A stretch of 44,104 nt of DNA. Origin: an uncultured Ignavibacteriales bacterium. Lineage in GTDB: Bacteria; Zixibacteria; MSB-5A5; GN15; FEB-12. Positions 42,742 to 44,104 of the stretch are shown here, piece by piece. The stretch lies in contig CAZHDS010000002.1 of NCBI GenBank assembly GCA_964531495.1, positions 1 to 44,104 of the forward strand, in the 5' to 3' direction. How positions within the stretch are numbered: the first letter of the stretch is position 1; every line of letters starts with the position of its first letter. Below the pieces are notes generated by a model, which searched no databases, was not told the origin of the DNA, and saw only the letters and a program-made list of their open reading frames with translations. The translations under genes were made by a program, and so were the position numbers.

Positions 42742-44091
42742 TTATCTCCTGAGACTGATCGCTTTGAGATCGCTCATGGCCGTGATTTGACTTCCCACCG
42801 GACCAGTGGCGTATTCTGATTCAATCTGAATCTTCATCCAGTACAGGGGATCGTTATCGGCGATTGCCTGTTTCTGCCAGAGCTGCGGAATGGACTGATA
42901 ATCATCCCACAGCAACAACTCCTGATCGGGCGCATCAAAAGCATAGTTTCCTCCCGCCGGAGTGAAAGCGATCCAACCGTCATTGGTCCAATAGCTGTAG
43001 GTGACGCTGCCGCCGCTGCCAGCCGTCGACAAGAGTAGCTTCAGGAGGCGGAATTTCGCCGCCATCCCAAGACAGATACAATCACCCAGGTCACCGATAA
43101 GGACATTGGACCGGGGATGATACACATCGGCGGTAGAACTGCTTCCGGCGGCGTTGGTGAGATCGGCGTACTCGAAAGAACTAAGATCATAGAGCAGCAC
43201 GGCATCAAACGTATTCGCGGCTGAATCGAGTGTGTTCGGGGCAGCAAAACTCCCGGTACGACGATTGGTGTGTTTGAGCAGGACCTGTCCCCCAGCCGCC
43301 TCACTCAGATAAACCACGACCGGCACATTCTGCTGATAACGAAGCTGCGGAGAAAGACACTCGTCATTGTCAAGCGTCACCGCCGAGCTCCAGCTATCAC
43401 CATCGAACTCCCGAAACTTAAGGGCGGCTTGATCAAAGACTACGCCCAGCTGATTGTTGTCAGAGACCGCCACGTCAAATTGTTCATCAAGACCGCTTCC
43501 CGTAGCCAGATCAACCTTGGCATTCCAACTGCCACTCCCGATTACTTGCGAACGGGTTGAAAGGGACACCCCGTTCTCGCAGGATATCGCCCAGATGTCA
43601 GTCGTGGTTGAGGCCAAGCGCGAGTAGTGCGGATTCGATCCGCTGGCCAGAGCCAAGCCGACATCGGCTGGTCCGGCTCCCCAGGTAGCCCCATCGTCGC
43701 TCGATGATTTCACGTGCATCGTATAGGTACCGGCGTAGAGGCGTGTCCAACTGACCCACATTTCGCCATCTTCGGCACGGATCAACGAAGGATGATGAGA
43801 GTCACTCACGTTGTAGATGGTGACCGCCGTCTCCGGCGTCCAGGTACCACTGCCGTAGGTGATTTTGCGCTGATACAGATGGTTGGTTGACGCCGCCACA
43901 TAGACCAGGTACAGATGGCCGGTATCATCCATGATGGCATCGAATGCCCGATCGGCAGCAGTTGTGATACTCGCGGGCGTCGCCCATGAGACGTACGGCA
44001 TGTCGGCCCAGGTGAGCTTGATCTCCCCGGCAGCGGTCTGAATCAGAGCCACCCGGCGACCCTGAAACGGTCCTGTGGACAGGTGAAACAT
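42742..44091 (-). CDS. Asp-box (BNR) repeat beta-propeller protein with an additional C-terminal domain; no signal peptide
   Basis: There is one canonical Asp-box, 'SSSDDGATW', plus three degenerate ones spaced about 50-60 aa apart ('YGSGTWT', 'GSGSWN', 'DGDSWS'). The start ATG at 44091 overlaps an upstream in-window TGA (TGATG). Confidence 0.8.
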   Translation of the reverse strand: MFHLSTGPFQGRRVALIQTAAGEIKLTWADMPYVSWATPASITTAADRAFDAIMDDTGHLYLVYVAASTNHLYQRKITYGSGTWTPETAVTIYNVSDSHHPSLIRAEDGEMWVSWTRLYAGTYTMHVKSSSDDGATWGAGPADVGLALASGSNPHYSRLASTTTDIWAISCENGVSLSTRSQVIGSGSWNAKVDLATGSGLDEQFDVAVSDNNQLGVVFDQAALKFREFDGDSWSSAVTLDNDECLSPQLRYQQNVPVVVYLSEAAGGQVLLKHTNRRTGSFAAPNTLDSAANTFDAVLLYDLSSFEYADLTNAAGSSSTADVYHPRSNVLIGDLGDCICLGMAAKFRLLKLLLSTAGSGGSVTYSYWTNDGWIAFTPAGGNYAFDAPDQELLLWDDYQSIPQLWQKQAIADNDPLYWMKIQIESEYATGPVGSQITAMSDLKAISLRR

Positions 44092-44104
44092 CAGATGCGC
44101 CGTC

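Noticed and set aside
39288-44104. Calling the right-edge operon a prophage or mobile element.
   Set aside because: I recognise no integrase, terminase, portal, capsid, tape-measure, att site or tRNA target. Two of the proteins have signal peptides. By eye, composition does not differ obviously from the rest of the window. I report it as an unassigned operon instead.

Overview
All family calls below come from reading motifs by eye. No searches were run, so they are recognitions, not hits. The window looks like a chromosomal segment of a diderm bacterium: it has a TolC-type channel, an outer-membrane beta-barrel, type IV minor pilins, strong AAGGAGG-type Shine-Dalgarno sites, and canonical sigma70 and sigma54 promoter motifs. 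I found no rRNA, tRNA, CRISPR array, transposase or integrase.

Gene layout, left to right:
- A 5'-complete but 3'-truncated secreted CARDB-domain protein (1-2168, minus strand). It is missing from the ORF track because it has no stop codon inside the window.
- tex.
- A MarR regulator followed by a tripartite RND efflux operon and a small outer-membrane barrel gene.
- An acetolactate-synthase-like ThDP enzyme plus a succinate-semialdehyde-dehydrogenase-like ALDH. This pairing matches the cyanobacterial 2-oxoglutarate decarboxylase/SSADH TCA shunt.
- A Na/Pi cotransporter with a separate PhoU-domain gene.
- A DUF502 / EIIA(Ntr)-CBS / CaCA-antiporter unit behind a perfect TTGACA-N17-TATAAT promoter.
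- An 11-gene nuoABCDHIJKLMN complex I operon with no nuoEFG.
- A pilV-pilW-pilX-like minor pilin operon with a sigma54-type promoter.
- An M50 site-2 protease, a REC/HD-GYP response regulator and lipA.
- An 858-aa PKD + dockerin surface protein.
- A tightly coupled minus-strand operon of at least six genes that I cannot assign to any known system (39288-44104). It is cut by the window edge.

Best candidates for something new or unusual:
1. The unassigned operon at the right edge.
2. NuoL carries a 26-residue tandem duplication in its lateral helix plus an extra C-terminal TM segment, yet the cluster has only one nuoM.
3. A TCACA-N6-TGTGA-N6-TCACA element sits in the nuoA leader.
4. A family of GC-rich hairpin repeats shows compensatory stem changes. 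One copy appears to have displaced the native stop codon of the ALDH gene.
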